Shown in pieces: positions 32,378 through 43,390 of a stretch of 64,000 bases of DNA (its first letter is position 1; each line of letters begins with the position of its first letter). Location: contig CAYWVH010000001.1 of assembly GCA_964461845.1 (NCBI GenBank), positions 183,487 through 247,486 of the forward strand, read 5' to 3'. Under the pieces are notes generated by a model. The model saw only the letters and a program-made list of their open reading frames with translations. It ran no database searches and was not told where the DNA came from. The DNA is from an uncultured Wenzhouxiangella sp. GTDB lineage: Bacteria > Pseudomonadota > Gammaproteobacteria > Xanthomonadales > Wenzhouxiangellaceae. The position numbers were made by a program, and so were the translations under genes.

Positions 32378-34332
32378 ACCAGCGAGGCGCCAGTGGCCAA
32401 TTCCTCAGCCTCTTGACGCTGTTTTAGGCGATATCGGCGATCGCTCGCCGCCACTGTGGCACCGATGGCCAGCAACAGCGCACCCCCCCAAATCCAACGG
32501 ATGAAGGGTTTGATGTGGATGCGAATCGACCATGCGTTGGATTCATCGTCCAGACGCTCTCCCATGGCCACATACTGATCTTTAAACAACCCAGGGCGAA
32601 GCGCGACTTGGGTCATCGTTTGCCCGCTCTGGTGATAGCGTCTCTTTTGCGGTGTCATTGTTTCCACCAGTTCACCATTTTTTAGGACGGAGAAACGCGC
32701 CTCATCAGCAATCCAGTTCGGCCCTTTCACAGATACGACTTCGTTGAGTCGGAATTCATAGCCTGCCACTTCAATGGACTGACCAGGCTCAAGTCTGACA
32801 TCCCGTTCGTAGGTAGAGGACTCGACCATGGCCACACCAATCACGAACACCCCAACGCCCGCATGTGCAAGCACCATCCCGAGTTGATGTCGGGGCAGGG
32901 CAAAGCGTGATTTCTTCTTTCTGTCAAAGAGATAGTGGAAAGAACCGAGGATCAACCAAAGGCCACCCATCCAGCCAGTGATGGCCCGAGCACTCCAGGC
33001 ATCCAAGAGCGCGACGATGATCAACGCACCGATGCCCGATGCGAGCAAAGACAGCACCAAGGGCCTAACCACTCGGCTTAACTCATCTTGTCCCCACCGT
33101 GAGAAGGGGCCAAGAGGCATCAGCATCACAACGGGCGTCATCAGCAAAATGAACATCGCACCGAAGTAAGGGGGTCCCACCGAAATTTGCCCCCATCCCA
33201 TCAGATCGATGATCAATGGGTACAGGGTGCCCAGTAGAACCATGGCTGCAGACACTGTGAAAAAGACATTGTTCAGTAGCAACAAGGCCTCTTTACTCAC
33301 AAAGTCAAACCCTTTGCCCGTCATGATGCGCGGTGCCCTGAAAGCATAAAGCAATAGCGCGCCTCCGGTGACGACCACCATGAACCCTAGGATGAACATG
33401 CCCCTCTCAGGGTCGTTGGCAAAGGCGTGGACCGAGGTCAAGACACCAGAGCGCACCAAGAAAGTGCCCAGAAGCGACATGGAAAACGCGGCAATGGCCA
33501 GTAACACGGTCCAAGCAGGGAAAGCCCCTCTTTTCTCGGTCACTGCTTGCGAGTGGATCAGCGCTGTTCCGATCAGCCAAGGGATAAAAGAGGCATTCTC
33601 AACAGGGTCCCAGAACCACCAGCCACCCCAGCCGAGCTCGTAGTAGGCCCACCAAGAGCCCAAGGCAATGCCGACAGTGAGAAAAGCCCAGGCCATCAGT
33701 GTCCACGGGCGCGACCATTTCACCCACTCGGACTCAACGCGACCATCCAAGAGGCCTGCGATGGCGAAACCGAACGCCACGGCAAATCCAACGTAGCCCA
33801 TGTACAGAAGGGGCGGGTGAAATATCATTCCTGGGTCTTGCAGCAGCGGGTTCAGGTCCTGACCGTCTAGAGGCCCTGGAATCAGCCGATCGAACGGATT
33901 TGAAGTCAGCAAAGTGAAGAGCAAAAACCCAACCGAGATCATCCCCATGACGGCGAGGACGCGGGCGATAAAGGGCCGAGGTAGGTTCTTTGAAAACACG
34001 CTGACCAAGGCCATCCAGCCGGCCAGCATCAGGATCCATAGGAGCAGTGAGCCCTCATGGCCTCCCCAAACGGCAGAGAGTCGATAATACCAAGGCAACA
34101 GCAGGTTTGAGTTTGTCGCCACATAGGTGACTGTGAAGTCGTGGTTTAAAAAGGCCATGCTGAGCGCCACATAAGCGGCTGTGGCAAACACCAAATGACC
34201 AATCACTAAAGTATGTGCCAATTGCATGAGTGCGGTTTTTTGACGGTACGCACCATACAAAGGCAAAATGGAGAGCGCCACGGCCAACAGCAGCGCCAAA
34301 ATCAAAAAGACTTGGCCAAGCTCAGCGATCAT
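32374..34332 (-). CDS. ccmF: Heme lyase CcmF
   Basis: WGGHEGSLLLW, HPPLLYMGY, WGGWWFWDPVEN, SVHAFA. Confidence 0.98.
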   Translation of the reverse strand: MIAELGQVFLILALLLAVALSILPLYGAYRQKTALMQLAHTLVIGHLVFATAAYVALSMAFLNHDFTVTYVATNSNLLLPWYYRLSAVWGGHEGSLLLWILMLAGWMALVSVFSKNLPRPFIARVLAVMGMISVGFLLFTLLTSNPFDRLIPGPLDGQDLNPLLQDPGMIFHPPLLYMGYVGFAVAFGFAIAGLLDGRVESEWVKWSRPWTLMAWAFLTVGIALGSWWAYYELGWGGWWFWDPVENASFIPWLIGTALIHSQAVTEKRGAFPAWTVLLAIAAFSMSLLGTFLVRSGVLTSVHAFANDPERGMFILGFMVVVTGGALLLYAFRAPRIMTGKGFDFVSKEALLLLNNVFFTVSAAMVLLGTLYPLIIDLMGWGQISVGPPYFGAMFILLMTPVVMLMPLGPFSRWGQDELSRVVRPLVLSLLASGIGALIIVALLDAWSARAITGWMGGLWLILGSFHYLFDRKKKSRFALPRHQLGMVLAHAGVGVFVIGVAMVESSTYERDVRLEPGQSIEVAGYEFRLNEVVSVKGPNWIADEARFSVLKNGELVETMTPQKRRYHQSGQTMTQVALRPGLFKDQYVAMGERLDDESNAWSIRIHIKPFIRWIWGGALLLAIGATVAASDRRYRLKQRQEAEELATGASLV

Positions 34333-34775
34333 TCCAACACTCCATGGGGTGCGCCAGCGCGCTCTAGCGCGGCGGCCACTTCTGGAGGCATGTAAGTCTC
34401 GTCATGCCGAGCCAATACCTCTCTGGCATGGAATAGCCCATCAGCATCCAGTCTACCCTGTGCAATCACGCCTTGGCCTTCTCGAAACAAGTCGGGCAGT
34501 ATGCCTGCATAGGTGACGGGGACCGAGTGAGCGCCGTCGGTGACGAGAAAAGTCACAGCCAAAGAGTTTGGATCGCGTTGAATACTCCCAGCCTCAACCA
34601 ATCCACCCAATCGAAAGTTGCGTTCTGCTGGAAGCTCGGTGGCGTAAACATCGCTGGGTGCAATGAAATACAACATATTGTCTTGTAGCGCGGTAAAAGC
34701 GATCGCTGCAGCGGCGCTGATGCCAACGACCAATAGTGTGACGGCCATCAATCGTTTACGACGGGTGGGGGTCAT
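34329..34775 (-). CDS. ccmE: Heme chaperone CcmE
   Basis: RLGGLV, GILPDLFREGQGV, LARHDETY (HxxxY). Confidence 0.97.
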   Translation of the reverse strand: MTPTRRKRLMAVTLLVVGISAAAAIAFTALQDNMLYFIAPSDVYATELPAERNFRLGGLVEAGSIQRDPNSLAVTFLVTDGAHSVPVTYAGILPDLFREGQGVIAQGRLDADGLFHAREVLARHDETYMPPEVAAALERAGAPHGVLE

Positions 34776-34951
34776 GGTGTTACTTGCTCCTTGGTGTGAT
34801 CACTCTTTTCCCTAATCAAAATGCTTTCTTGAATGCGTTGCTTGAGCAGTCGATATTTCAAGACTGGCTGTGTGGCTTGCCAGATGATGATGCCAGCAGC
34901 GATGGCATAGCTGCTCCAGACATATTCTGCGTAAGTAAATTCAGGAAGCAT
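34772..34951 (-). CDS. ccmD: Heme exporter protein CcmD
   Basis: YAEYVWSSYAI, single TM followed by basic tail; start ATG 34951; position between ccmC and ccmE. Confidence 0.85.
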   Translation of the reverse strand: MLPEFTYAEYVWSSYAIAAGIIIWQATQPVLKYRLLKQRIQESILIREKSDHTKEQVTP

Positions 34952-35702
34952 GATGGTTTGGCCGCAATGCTTGATAAACCCAATTTTTTTGTTGGTCTTG
35001 CGCCAACAACTCATTTCTGGCACGTTGGAGTAACAACGCGCCGAACATCAATTTTACCGCAACCGTCATCCAAATCAGGGGCGGGAGCATGCTGGGATCC
35101 ATGGTTGATGGGCCAAATAAATTGATGGTGGAGCCTTGATGCAATGTGGTCCACCACTCAACAGAGAAGTGGATGATCGGGATATTAATGAGACCGACCA
35201 GGATGAGGATGCTGGCAATTCGAGCGCCGTGGCGGCGATCATCGAAGGCTTGATACAACGCCATGATGCCCAAGTAGATGAATAACAGCACGAGCATGGA
35301 TGTTAAGCGCGCATCCCAAGCCCAGTATGTGCCCCACATGGGACGGCCCCAAATGGCGCCAGTGATCAAGCAGATGAGCGTAAAGGCCGCACCGATGGGC
35401 GCGGCAGTCATGGCCATGATTTCAGCCGTCCGAATGCGCCAGACCAGAGTGATGACTGCCAAGATGGCCATCACTAAATACGTCGCCATGGCCTGCCAAG
35501 CAGCGGGCACGTGGATGTATAAAATCCGATAACTATCGCCTTGCTGATAGTCGGGCGGAACCACATACAAGGCTTGATAGAGCCCGATGCACAATGGAAT
35601 CAGGGTGGCTATCCAGAGCCATGGGATCAGCCGCTGAGCGAAACGATAGAAGCTCAAAGGCGAGCCCAATTTATGAAACGCAATTTTTATCTTTTTCCAC
35701 AT
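34941..35702 (-). CDS. ccmC: Heme exporter protein CcmC
   Basis: DYQQGDSYRILYIHVP, WGRPMWGTYWAWDARLT, WWTTLHQ. Confidence 0.97.
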   Translation of the reverse strand: MWKKIKIAFHKLGSPLSFYRFAQRLIPWLWIATLIPLCIGLYQALYVVPPDYQQGDSYRILYIHVPAAWQAMATYLVMAILAVITLVWRIRTAEIMAMTAAPIGAAFTLICLITGAIWGRPMWGTYWAWDARLTSMLVLLFIYLGIMALYQAFDDRRHGARIASILILVGLINIPIIHFSVEWWTTLHQGSTINLFGPSTMDPSMLPPLIWMTVAVKLMFGALLLQRARNELLAQDQQKNWVYQALRPNHHAS

Positions 35703-35704
35703 GG

Positions 35705-36379
35705 CTATTCAATATTTAATCGAAGTGAGCTGGCGATCGCCATCGGCACCAAGGTCATGGTTAACACGAGTAGGGCAGAGAGCAATAGCAAATATGGGCG
35801 CACGGTTAGGCCATCCAGTAGAGCAGAGATTGAGCCTGTAGAAAAGATTAGCACAGGCACCACGAGTGGGAAGATTAAAAGGCCTAAAAGTGCGCTCCCT
35901 TGTCTCGCCCCGAGCGTCAAAGCCGCAGCCAGCCCACCGATCAAGGAAATGATGGGTGTGCCCAACAGCAAAGTGAGCAGCAAAAGAGGCAGTGCCTCTG
36001 TGGGTAGGTAGAGCATCTGCCCAGCCACTGGGGCAAAGACAATCACAGGTAAGGCAGTGACCAGCCAATGGACAAGCAACTTGACAAAAATGAGTCCAAT
36101 GACGGGTTGGTTGCCAACCCACCATTGCTCCAGCGACCCATCCTCCCAGTCGCTCCGAAACAAGCCATCCAATGCCAGCATGGAAGAAAGCAGGGACGCG
36201 ACCCAGATCATCCCCGGCGCAATGGTGCTAAGCACATTGGGTCCTGGGCCGATGCCGAGCGGAATCATCGCGATCACTGAGAACAAAAAGACCAAAGGCA
36301 ACAGGGACTGCCCGCCTTGCCTGCGTGCGCGCCGTAGATCCCTAAAAAAGAGTGCGCGAAGCGGACAGTGGGTCATCAC
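35705..36379 (-). CDS. ccmB: Heme exporter protein CcmB
   Basis: APGMIWVASLL, DWEDGSLEQ, LIFPLVVPVLIF. Confidence 0.95.
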   Translation of the reverse strand: MMTHCPLRALFFRDLRRARRQGGQSLLPLVFLFSVIAMIPLGIGPGPNVLSTIAPGMIWVASLLSSMLALDGLFRSDWEDGSLEQWWVGNQPVIGLIFVKLLVHWLVTALPVIVFAPVAGQMLYLPTEALPLLLLTLLLGTPIISLIGGLAAALTLGARQGSALLGLLIFPLVVPVLIFSTGSISALLDGLTVRPYLLLLSALLVLTMTLVPMAIASSLRLNIE

Positions 36380-36987
36380 ACAGACCCCTGGGCACTATGG
36401 ACCACCAGCTGATGCATGGGGTGGGGGAGCTCTGGCATCCTCATATGAGTGCTCACCAAGGCAGAGCCTGATTGGCCCAGATGCTCATCCAGTAAAGCAT
36501 CGAGCCATCGGCATGCGTCAGCATCCAAGCTCGTGTAGGGCTCATCTAAGAGCCACAGGTCAGCAGGCGCAACCAGTAGTTTGGCAAGCCCCAATCGACG
36601 TTGCTGGCCTGCGGATAGTTGGCCTGCCAATTGTCTTCTGAGGGTGATGAGCCCAACGCGGTCGAGTGCATCCAAAGGGCTGAGTGCTGAGCGTTCAGGA
36701 CTGGCTGGGTAGAAGGCTCTGGCAAATTCGAGGTTCTCAACGCAGTCTAAATCGCTTTTAAGGCCCAATCTGTGGCCAAGGAAGGCCAAGGTCCCATGAC
36801 GCGCAATGGTGCCTTCATGGGCGCTTAGAATGCCAGCCAGCAGCCTAATTAGGGTGGTTTTGCCGGAGCCATTTGCGCCCGTCAGCACAGTCAAGGACCC
36901 AGCCGTCAGAGACAAACTCACGGGTTGGAAGACAGGTTCGTTGTGACGGTGGAACGAAATTTGGTCGGCGACAAGAAATGGCTTCAT
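36376..36987 (-). CDS. ccmA: Heme ABC exporter ATPase CcmA
   Basis: GANGSGKTT, LSAGQQRR, LWLLDEP; start ATG 36987 preferred over TTG 37002. Confidence 0.93.
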   Translation of the reverse strand: MKPFLVADQISFHRHNEPVFQPVSLSLTAGSLTVLTGANGSGKTTLIRLLAGILSAHEGTIARHGTLAFLGHRLGLKSDLDCVENLEFARAFYPASPERSALSPLDALDRVGLITLRRQLAGQLSAGQQRRLGLAKLLVAPADLWLLDEPYTSLDADACRWLDALLDEHLGQSGSALVSTHMRMPELPHPMHQLVVHSAQGSV

Positions 36988-37026
36988 TGACTTAGATAAC
37001 AAGCAACCACGCTCATTATCCTAGCA

Positions 37027-38487
37027 TCATTCACAGCGGTAAGCGGAAGAATCGAACCGTCGGGTGAGTCTTTTGAACCGAATCGTGGTGTAGGGCCACA
37101 GCGTGGTATTCCGACCGCTGATGGGATGTAAGTACCAGCTGCTGCATCCGCCCGCGTTCCACACTGAATTTTCTAGCGTCTTGTCTAAAAACTCACTCCA
37201 AGCAGTTTGTGCCGGCTCTGTAAGCTCCACACTTCGCCAACCTCGTTGTCTCATGGTTGAGAGGGCATCGATGATGTAATGGATCTGGCCTTCGATCATC
37301 AGCAGTACAGAGTTATGACCTAAGGCAGTATTCGGGCCCATCAGCATAAAAAAGTTGGGAAACCCGGAGACGGTGCTGCCCTTGTAGGCTTCGGGTCCTT
37401 CGTGCCATTGCTCTGCGAGGTCTTGGCCCTGCTTTCCATAGATCATGCCTGCAGGAATCGGTGAGGTGGCCTCAAACCCTGTCCCTAAAATCAGAACATC
37501 GGCCCGATATCGAACGCCGTCTCGGTCTCGCAACCCGTCTTGTTCAATCGCCTCTATGGGTACGGTGATCAGATTGACATGTGTTTGGTTAAAGATCGGG
37601 TAGTAGTCATTGGACATCAGTACCCGTTTGCATCCCATCTGATAACGAGGCGTCAATTGCTCAACCAATTTGGGATCATGAACTTGAGAGTGCAAGTGGC
37701 GCAATGCTTTGCGCCGATGAAAGAAAGATAGGTTAGGCCACCTTGTAAAGGCGGGTAGCCGAGTCTCGAGTAACAGAAACAGCCCCAAACGGGTGAGGTA
37801 GCGCAAGGGTGGAAAATAGCGATAGGCTTTTCTCAGTCCCTCGGGAATGGGGCGGTCTGGCTTGGGCAGAACCCAATTCGGTGTTCGCTGAAAGACCGTG
37901 AGTGATTTGGCCTGACGGGCCACGTGGGGCAGAAACTGAATCGCGGAAGCGCCCGTGCCGATCACAGCGACACGCTGGCCAGTTAGGTCCAGGTCCTCTG
38001 GCCAGGCTTGGGAATGAACCATCCTGCCTTGAAACGACTCCAGGCCATCAATGTTCGGTTTCGCCGGCTTTGCTAGGCCACCAACGGCACCAATCAATAC
38101 TTGGCAAGTGAACTGGTCCCCTATTGACGTGGTGAGTGACCACTGCTTCTGCTGATCGTCCCAACGGGCCTCGGTGACGCGCGTATTCAACAAGATATGA
38201 TCGGTGAGTTTTTTATCATCAACAACACGCTCGAGATGAGCCTGAATCTCCTCTCGACTTGGGAAGTGCCGTGTCCAATCCGGATTCGGTGCAAAAGAAA
38301 GTGAATATAGGTGGGACTGCACATCGCACGCACACCCTGGATATCGATTGACCCACCAGGTGCCACCCACACCAGCCTCGGCATCAAGGATCAAAAAATC
38401 GTCCCGACCTTTGTCCTTGAGTTTTAGGCCAAGGCCGATCCCTGCAAACCCAGCACCGATAATGATGATGGGCTTTTGAGTGCTCAC
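37027..38487 (-). CDS. Class B flavoprotein monooxygenase (Baeyer-Villiger type I fingerprint)
   Basis: [26 protein letters not shown] (FxGxxxHxxxWP), [13 protein letters not shown]. Confidence 0.9.
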   Translation of the reverse strand: MSTQKPIIIIGAGFAGIGLGLKLKDKGRDDFLILDAEAGVGGTWWVNRYPGCACDVQSHLYSLSFAPNPDWTRHFPSREEIQAHLERVVDDKKLTDHILLNTRVTEARWDDQQKQWSLTTSIGDQFTCQVLIGAVGGLAKPAKPNIDGLESFQGRMVHSQAWPEDLDLTGQRVAVIGTGASAIQFLPHVARQAKSLTVFQRTPNWVLPKPDRPIPEGLRKAYRYFPPLRYLTRLGLFLLLETRLPAFTRWPNLSFFHRRKALRHLHSQVHDPKLVEQLTPRYQMGCKRVLMSNDYYPIFNQTHVNLITVPIEAIEQDGLRDRDGVRYRADVLILGTGFEATSPIPAGMIYGKQGQDLAEQWHEGPEAYKGSTVSGFPNFFMLMGPNTALGHNSVLLMIEGQIHYIIDALSTMRQRGWRSVELTEPAQTAWSEFLDKTLENSVWNAGGCSSWYLHPISGRNTTLWPYTTIRFKRLTRRFDSSAYRCE

Positions 38488-39683
38488 ACCACGCCCAAGC
38501 GCCGACCCACGCGCGTAAAGGCATCAACGGCTTTTTCTAGGTGAGACTGCGTGTGAGCTGCTGAGATTTGAGTGCGGATTCGCGCCTCATTTTTGGGAAC
38601 CACGGGATAGAAGAAGCCAATCACATAAATCCCTTCTTTCAAAAGCTCGCTGGCCATGGACTGAGCCAGTTTCGCATCATAGAGCATGACGGGAACGATC
38701 GGGTGCTCGCCTGGTTTGACATCAAACCCAGCCTCTACCATGGCCCGTCTGAAAAATTGGGTGTTTTTCATCAGCTGTTGGCGTCGCTCATCGGATTGCT
38801 GGATCAGATCAAATGCTGCTTGAGAGGCCGCCACCAATGCAGGGGCAAGAGAGTTAGAGAATAAATAAGGTCGCGAGCGCTGCCGTAAAAGATCAACGAC
38901 CGTCTGCGATGCAGCGGTGAATCCACCCATTCCACCCCCCATGGCTTTGCCCAGTGTGGAAGTGACAATGTCGATTTTATCCATCACGCCATGGTGTTCG
39001 CCAGAGCCCTTTCCGTGTGGGCCTAAGAAGCCGGTGGCGTGGCAATCGTCCACCATGACCAAGGCATCGTATTTTTCAGCCAGTGCGGTGATGTCGCTCA
39101 AGGGTGCAATCGTCCCATCCATAGAGAAAACACCATCTGTGGCGATGAGGCGCGTGCGTTTGCTTTTTGTTTTTTTTAGGCAGTCTTCGAGCGCATTCAT
39201 ATCAGCGTTCGCGTACCGATGCCGTTCTGCCTTGCACAGCCGAATGCCATCGATGATGGATGCGTGGTTGAGCTGGTCAGAAATGATGGCATCGGCCTCA
39301 TCGAGGAGCGGTTCAAACAAACCGCCGTTGGCATCAAAGCAGGCCGCATACAGAATGCTGTCCTCTTGGCCAAGGAATTGGGCAATGGTTTGTTCGAGTG
39401 TTCTGTGGGGTGTTTGTGTGCCGCAAATGAAGCGAACGGAGGCAAGCCCGAAACCATAATCATCCAATGCTTGCTTTGCGGCATCAATCAGGGCGGGGTG
39501 ATCGGCGAGGCCTAGGTAGTTGTTTGCACAGAAATTCAGTACAGAGCCACCATCTTCAGTCTCTATTTCAATGCGCTGTGGCGTGGTGATGAGGCGCTCT
39601 TTTTTGTAGAGCCCATCTTGCTTGATTTGTTCTAGCGTATCTTCCCAATGCGCATGAGCTTGTTTAGCGACTTTGTGTGTCAT
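38484..39683 (-). CDS. kbl: Glycine C-acetyltransferase (2-amino-3-ketobutyrate CoA ligase)
   Basis: [56 protein letters not shown]; GAGG SD 6 nt before ATG 39683. Confidence 0.95.
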   Translation of the reverse strand: MTHKVAKQAHAHWEDTLEQIKQDGLYKKERLITTPQRIEIETEDGGSVLNFCANNYLGLADHPALIDAAKQALDDYGFGLASVRFICGTQTPHRTLEQTIAQFLGQEDSILYAACFDANGGLFEPLLDEADAIISDQLNHASIIDGIRLCKAERHRYANADMNALEDCLKKTKSKRTRLIATDGVFSMDGTIAPLSDITALAEKYDALVMVDDCHATGFLGPHGKGSGEHHGVMDKIDIVTSTLGKAMGGGMGGFTAASQTVVDLLRQRSRPYLFSNSLAPALVAASQAAFDLIQQSDERRQQLMKNTQFFRRAMVEAGFDVKPGEHPIVPVMLYDAKLAQSMASELLKEGIYVIGFFYPVVPKNEARIRTQISAAHTQSHLEKAVDAFTRVGRRLGVV

Positions 39684-40425
39684 CGTCATCCTCTAAGAAG
39701 GCATCGTAATCGGGGAGGGTGGCGTCTTCGCCATGGAGCTGAAACTGCCTTCTTTGCAACCAACCATCCCGCACTAAAGCATACTCATCAAAAGCCTCTG
39801 CTAGGGTGGCATCGAATGGGAGTAGGCCTGCGCGCATTTGAACAACATCCAAAGCCGTCACACCCGAGCCTGCTCTTGCTCGCAGTTCTTGATCCACGGG
39901 ATCTACGACCATCTTTGCCACTTGACCGATACCGTCTCGAACTGTGGCAGGCCCCAGCAGCGGTAACATCAAAAATCTTGACTCCTCCCAGCCCCAAACA
40001 GCCAGTGTTTGTCCCAAGTCAGTGTCGTGTTCTGGCAGATTGTTATGATCAGCAACATCAAAAAAACCACCGATGCCGTAGACCGTGTTAATTAAAAATC
40101 GCCCAAATTGTTCGGAACTGTGCTTGAATCTTCCCTGCAGTAACAGTTGGCTTGAAACCCAAGGTGAGCTCAGGTTGGTGAAAAAATTGCTGATGCCTTG
40201 TTGTGCCAAAGATGGTGTGACTTCGTCATACACGATCGCAACAGGGCGGAGTACGATCTCATCGGCCTTCTTGTTGAAAGCATAAATCGAGCGGTTCATG
40301 TCCTCCCACGGATCCTGATCCACGGGTGCGGTCAGCTCTTTGGGGTTGGCTGCGCATCCGATCAATGCGATGGTGGCTAGGCCAATGGCAAAAATTTTCA
40401 CTAAACGAGCGGGTGTGTGCTTCAT
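39664..40425 (-). CDS. mlaA: Phospholipid-binding lipoprotein MlaA/VacJ
   Basis: Lipobox [51 protein letters not shown]. Confidence 0.93.
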   Translation of the reverse strand: MKHTPARLVKIFAIGLATIALIGCAANPKELTAPVDQDPWEDMNRSIYAFNKKADEIVLRPVAIVYDEVTPSLAQQGISNFFTNLSSPWVSSQLLLQGRFKHSSEQFGRFLINTVYGIGGFFDVADHNNLPEHDTDLGQTLAVWGWEESRFLMLPLLGPATVRDGIGQVAKMVVDPVDQELRARAGSGVTALDVVQMRAGLLPFDATLAEAFDEYALVRDGWLQRRQFQLHGEDATLPDYDAFLEDDDDTQSR

Positions 40426-40724
40426 GGCTCGACGGATTCCCCTTGGTTACTCGGCCAGCCCAACAGACCAGATGCGCCACTGAGGCGAGCAAGTGTTAGC
40501 AGGGCAGGCGGTGGACTTTTAAGCTCGATGTCTTGGTTCAGTGACTTTGCCATGGCTTTTAGCTCAAGCAAAAGCGCGAGTGCGCTGGAATCAGTCCGCT
40601 CAACCGCTGATAGGTCTACTGAACTTGGCAGCGATGCACGGCACTTAATGTCACCGAAATGCCTCGGTACTTCCTCGAGTGTTAAGTTGCCGCTGATGCG
40701 CAATTCGGCCAAGCTTTCGCTCAT
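40422..40724 (-). CDS. mlaB: STAS domain protein MlaB
   Basis: VDLSAVERTDSSALALL; position in mla operon. Confidence 0.85.
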   Translation of the reverse strand: MSESLAELRISGNLTLEEVPRHFGDIKCRASLPSSVDLSAVERTDSSALALLLELKAMAKSLNQDIELKSPPPALLTLARLSGASGLLGWPSNQGESVEP

Positions 40725-41356
40725 GGGGTCTCAGCCTGCAGAGTAAGGCGCCCGGCTTGAAGAGACTCTAGGGTGGCGTCAAAGCCTTGTTGAGTGATTT
40801 GCTCGCCGATTTGAGTTCGGAGGGTGGCCACATAAGAAATGCCTTCAGCAATGACATCAAACAGCTGCCACTGGCCATCTTGAAGTCTGAGCATGTAATC
40901 AATCGGCATGATTGAGCCGTTATCTAGCCTCAGTCGAGTTCTGACTCGAGTGCGCCGCGGGTCTTGGTTGGGCTCCAGTGGCAGAACCTCGACTTCATTT
41001 TGGCTGTCGAAGTCCAGTAAGCGTTCGGCATATTGGTCCATAAGAACGCTTCCCAATGCATCAGCAAAGGCTTGAACTTTATCTGAGTCTAAACCGCGAC
41101 CATGGCGGCCAAGAACCAGCCGCCCGGCATAGACCGCATCGATGTGCTGACGCATTCGCCCATCCACAGCTTGTTTGAGCAATTCTATGTCTGCCTCATA
41201 GGCGGTTCGGTGCTCGTCGATCAAGGCGTATAAATCCTCGGTCAGATCCTTGATCAGTTGATCAGGGGAGGGCTGAGCCAGTGAGAGCATCGGCGCCATC
41301 GCGAAGAAAGCGCCTAAAAGCATGAGTGAGCTGAGGGGCTTCGCCATAACTCTCAT
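40721..41356 (-). CDS. mlaC: Periplasmic phospholipid-binding protein MlaC
   Basis: Signal peptide, IDYML, WQLFDVIAEGISYVATLR. Confidence 0.9.
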   Translation of the reverse strand: MRVMAKPLSSLMLLGAFFAMAPMLSLAQPSPDQLIKDLTEDLYALIDEHRTAYEADIELLKQAVDGRMRQHIDAVYAGRLVLGRHGRGLDSDKVQAFADALGSVLMDQYAERLLDFDSQNEVEVLPLEPNQDPRRTRVRTRLRLDNGSIMPIDYMLRLQDGQWQLFDVIAEGISYVATLRTQIGEQITQQGFDATLESLQAGRLTLQAETP

Positions 41357-41814
41357 TGCTGTGCATCCCCACCGAGCAGGTACTTGGTGATCAGCTGCTC
41401 AAGAACCATGGCCGAGTTGGTGATCAAGACCTGATCACCGGCTTTAAGTGATTCTGGAGATCCACCGGGCTCTAGGCCTACGTACTGATCGCCTAGGATG
41501 CCTGCAGTTAGAATCGAGGCAGACGTGTCTTCTGGCAGTTCGCGGTACTGATCTGAGATCTGCATAAAAACCCGAGCCTCAAAAGTAATGGGGTCAAGTT
41601 CAATTTTCTCCACCATGCCGACCGTGACGCCACCCATGCTGACTTGGGCTTTGGGTTTAAGGCCGCCAATGTTGGTAAAAGTGGCGCTGATTTGGTAGCT
41701 GCCCCCAGAGACCACCCCCCGGTCTGTGGCCTGAAGGGCCAGAAAAATCAAAGCCGAGATGGCCAGCAGCAAAAAGATGCCGGCGGTCAATTCAATGTGA
41801 TTCGATGATTTCAT
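41353..41814 (-). CDS. mlaD: MCE protein MlaD
   Basis: FTNIGGLK, GVTVGMV, ILTAGILGDQYVGLEPG, LEQLI. Confidence 0.95.
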   Translation of the reverse strand: MKSSNHIELTAGIFLLLAISALIFLALQATDRGVVSGGSYQISATFTNIGGLKPKAQVSMGGVTVGMVEKIELDPITFEARVFMQISDQYRELPEDTSASILTAGILGDQYVGLEPGGSPESLKAGDQVLITNSAMVLEQLITKYLLGGDAQQ

Positions 41815-41826
41815 AATTGGACACCA

Positions 41827-42564
41827 TTACAGCATGAATGCTGACAAAACAAAGTCAAGGATAAGTACAGAAATGGCTGTGGCGATGACGGTCTGGGTGG
41901 TGGCCAAGGCAACCCCTTCACTGGTCGCCTTGGCTGACCAGCCAAAATACACAGCAAGCCAGGCCGCCAAAAAGCCAAACCCGATCGATTTTCCCATCCC
42001 ATGAAGGAAGTCACGCCCAAGCTCCACGGAGTTTTGCATATTTCCCCAAAAGCTCACTGGGTCGTTCCCCATCACAAACACAGCAAAGAAGATGCCGCCG
42101 AGCAAGGCCATTAGATTGAAAATCACAACGAGTGCAGGGACGGCAATCAGACCTGCGATCAGCCTTGGTTGAACGATGCGCTCCATTGGATCGATCGCCA
42201 TCAGATCCAAGGCATCGAGCTGCTCTGTGGCTCTCATTAAGCCAATTTCAGCCGTGATTGAGGTGCCGGCTCTGCCGGCAAACAAAATGGCGGTGAGTAC
42301 GGGGCCAAGCTCTCGAAATAAAGAGAGCGCAAGGACTGTGCTGGCCGCGTCAGCGGCACCAAACCGGGTCAAGGTGTCATAGGTTTGCAGGGTCAACACC
42401 AAACCAACAAAAAAGCCACAGGTCACGATGATGACCAAAGAGCGCACACCTGCATAATAAATCTGTCTGAGTGTCTCCCTGACTTGAAGCGCGCTAAAGC
42501 GCATGCGACTGATGGCTTGGGCCAAGAAAATCAGCGCGCGTCCAAGCTCACGAATGCCGTTCAT
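41827..42564 (-). CDS. mlaE: ABC permease MlaE
   Basis: RELGPVLTAILFAGRAG, EIGLMRATEQLDAL, GVALATTQTV. Confidence 0.95.
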   Translation of the reverse strand: MNGIRELGRALIFLAQAISRMRFSALQVRETLRQIYYAGVRSLVIIVTCGFFVGLVLTLQTYDTLTRFGAADAASTVLALSLFRELGPVLTAILFAGRAGTSITAEIGLMRATEQLDALDLMAIDPMERIVQPRLIAGLIAVPALVVIFNLMALLGGIFFAVFVMGNDPVSFWGNMQNSVELGRDFLHGMGKSIGFGFLAAWLAVYFGWSAKATSEGVALATTQTVIATAISVLILDFVLSAFML

Positions 42565-43388
42565 GATTGATCTCCTAAGCCCAGAAGATCCGAAGCCAAG
42601 TCAGGGCCTGGGTAATGGAAAGCGACGGGGCCATCGGGCAGGCCTTGCATGAACTGCTTGACCAATGGCTCTTCCGAATTGGCCAAGGTCTTGGGTGGTG
42701 CAAATCCAATCACGTGTCCGTTGGCGATGATGCAAGCCTGATGCGCAAGCTTGGTGACCTCGTTAACGTCGTGTGTGACCACAATGCTGGTCATGCCAAG
42801 GGCCTCATTCACCTGCCTGATCAGTCTCAAAGATATCCCCATGGAAATGGGATCAAGGCCTGCGAAAGGCTCATCATAGAGCATGAGTTCAGGATCGAGC
42901 GCCATGGCTCGAGCCATCGCAATGCGCCGATTCATGCCTCCGGACAATTCGCGCGGATAGAGCTTGGCCGCACCTCTGAGCCCAACTGTGTTGAGTTTCA
43001 AGAGGACCACGCGCCTGATCAGTGACTCATCCAGTGCAGTGTGCTCCCGCAAGGGCAGCGCCACATTATCAAATACGGTCAGATCGGTGAACAGAGCGCC
43101 ATTTTGTAGTAACACGCCCACGTTTTTTCGGTATTGGTTCAGCGCTTTGGCGTTGAGTTCATTCACGCTTGTGCCGTGTACCGTGACTTGGCCAGAGTCG
43201 GGTTTGAGCTGTCCGGTGATGAGGCGAAGCAGTGTGGTCTTGCCAGCGCCACTGGGGCCCATGATGGCAGTCACTTGGCCAGAGGGAATTTCCAAGCTCA
43301 ATTCATCCAAAATGACACGCCCACCCAAAACCAGTGTGACCTTTTCAAACACGATGGCTGGCGAAGCCTTGTTGGTCATGTTAGTCAT
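42561..43388 (-). CDS. mlaF: ABC ATPase MlaF
   Basis: GPSGAGKT, LQNGALFTDL, ELSGGMNRR, YDEPFAGLDP; start ATG 43388 (alternatives TTG 43394, ATG 43379). Confidence 0.94.
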   Translation of the reverse strand: MTNMTNKASPAIVFEKVTLVLGGRVILDELSLEIPSGQVTAIMGPSGAGKTTLLRLITGQLKPDSGQVTVHGTSVNELNAKALNQYRKNVGVLLQNGALFTDLTVFDNVALPLREHTALDESLIRRVVLLKLNTVGLRGAAKLYPRELSGGMNRRIAMARAMALDPELMLYDEPFAGLDPISMGISLRLIRQVNEALGMTSIVVTHDVNEVTKLAHQACIIANGHVIGFAPPKTLANSEEPLVKQFMQGLPDGPVAFHYPGPDLASDLLGLGDQS

Positions 43389-43390
43389 GG

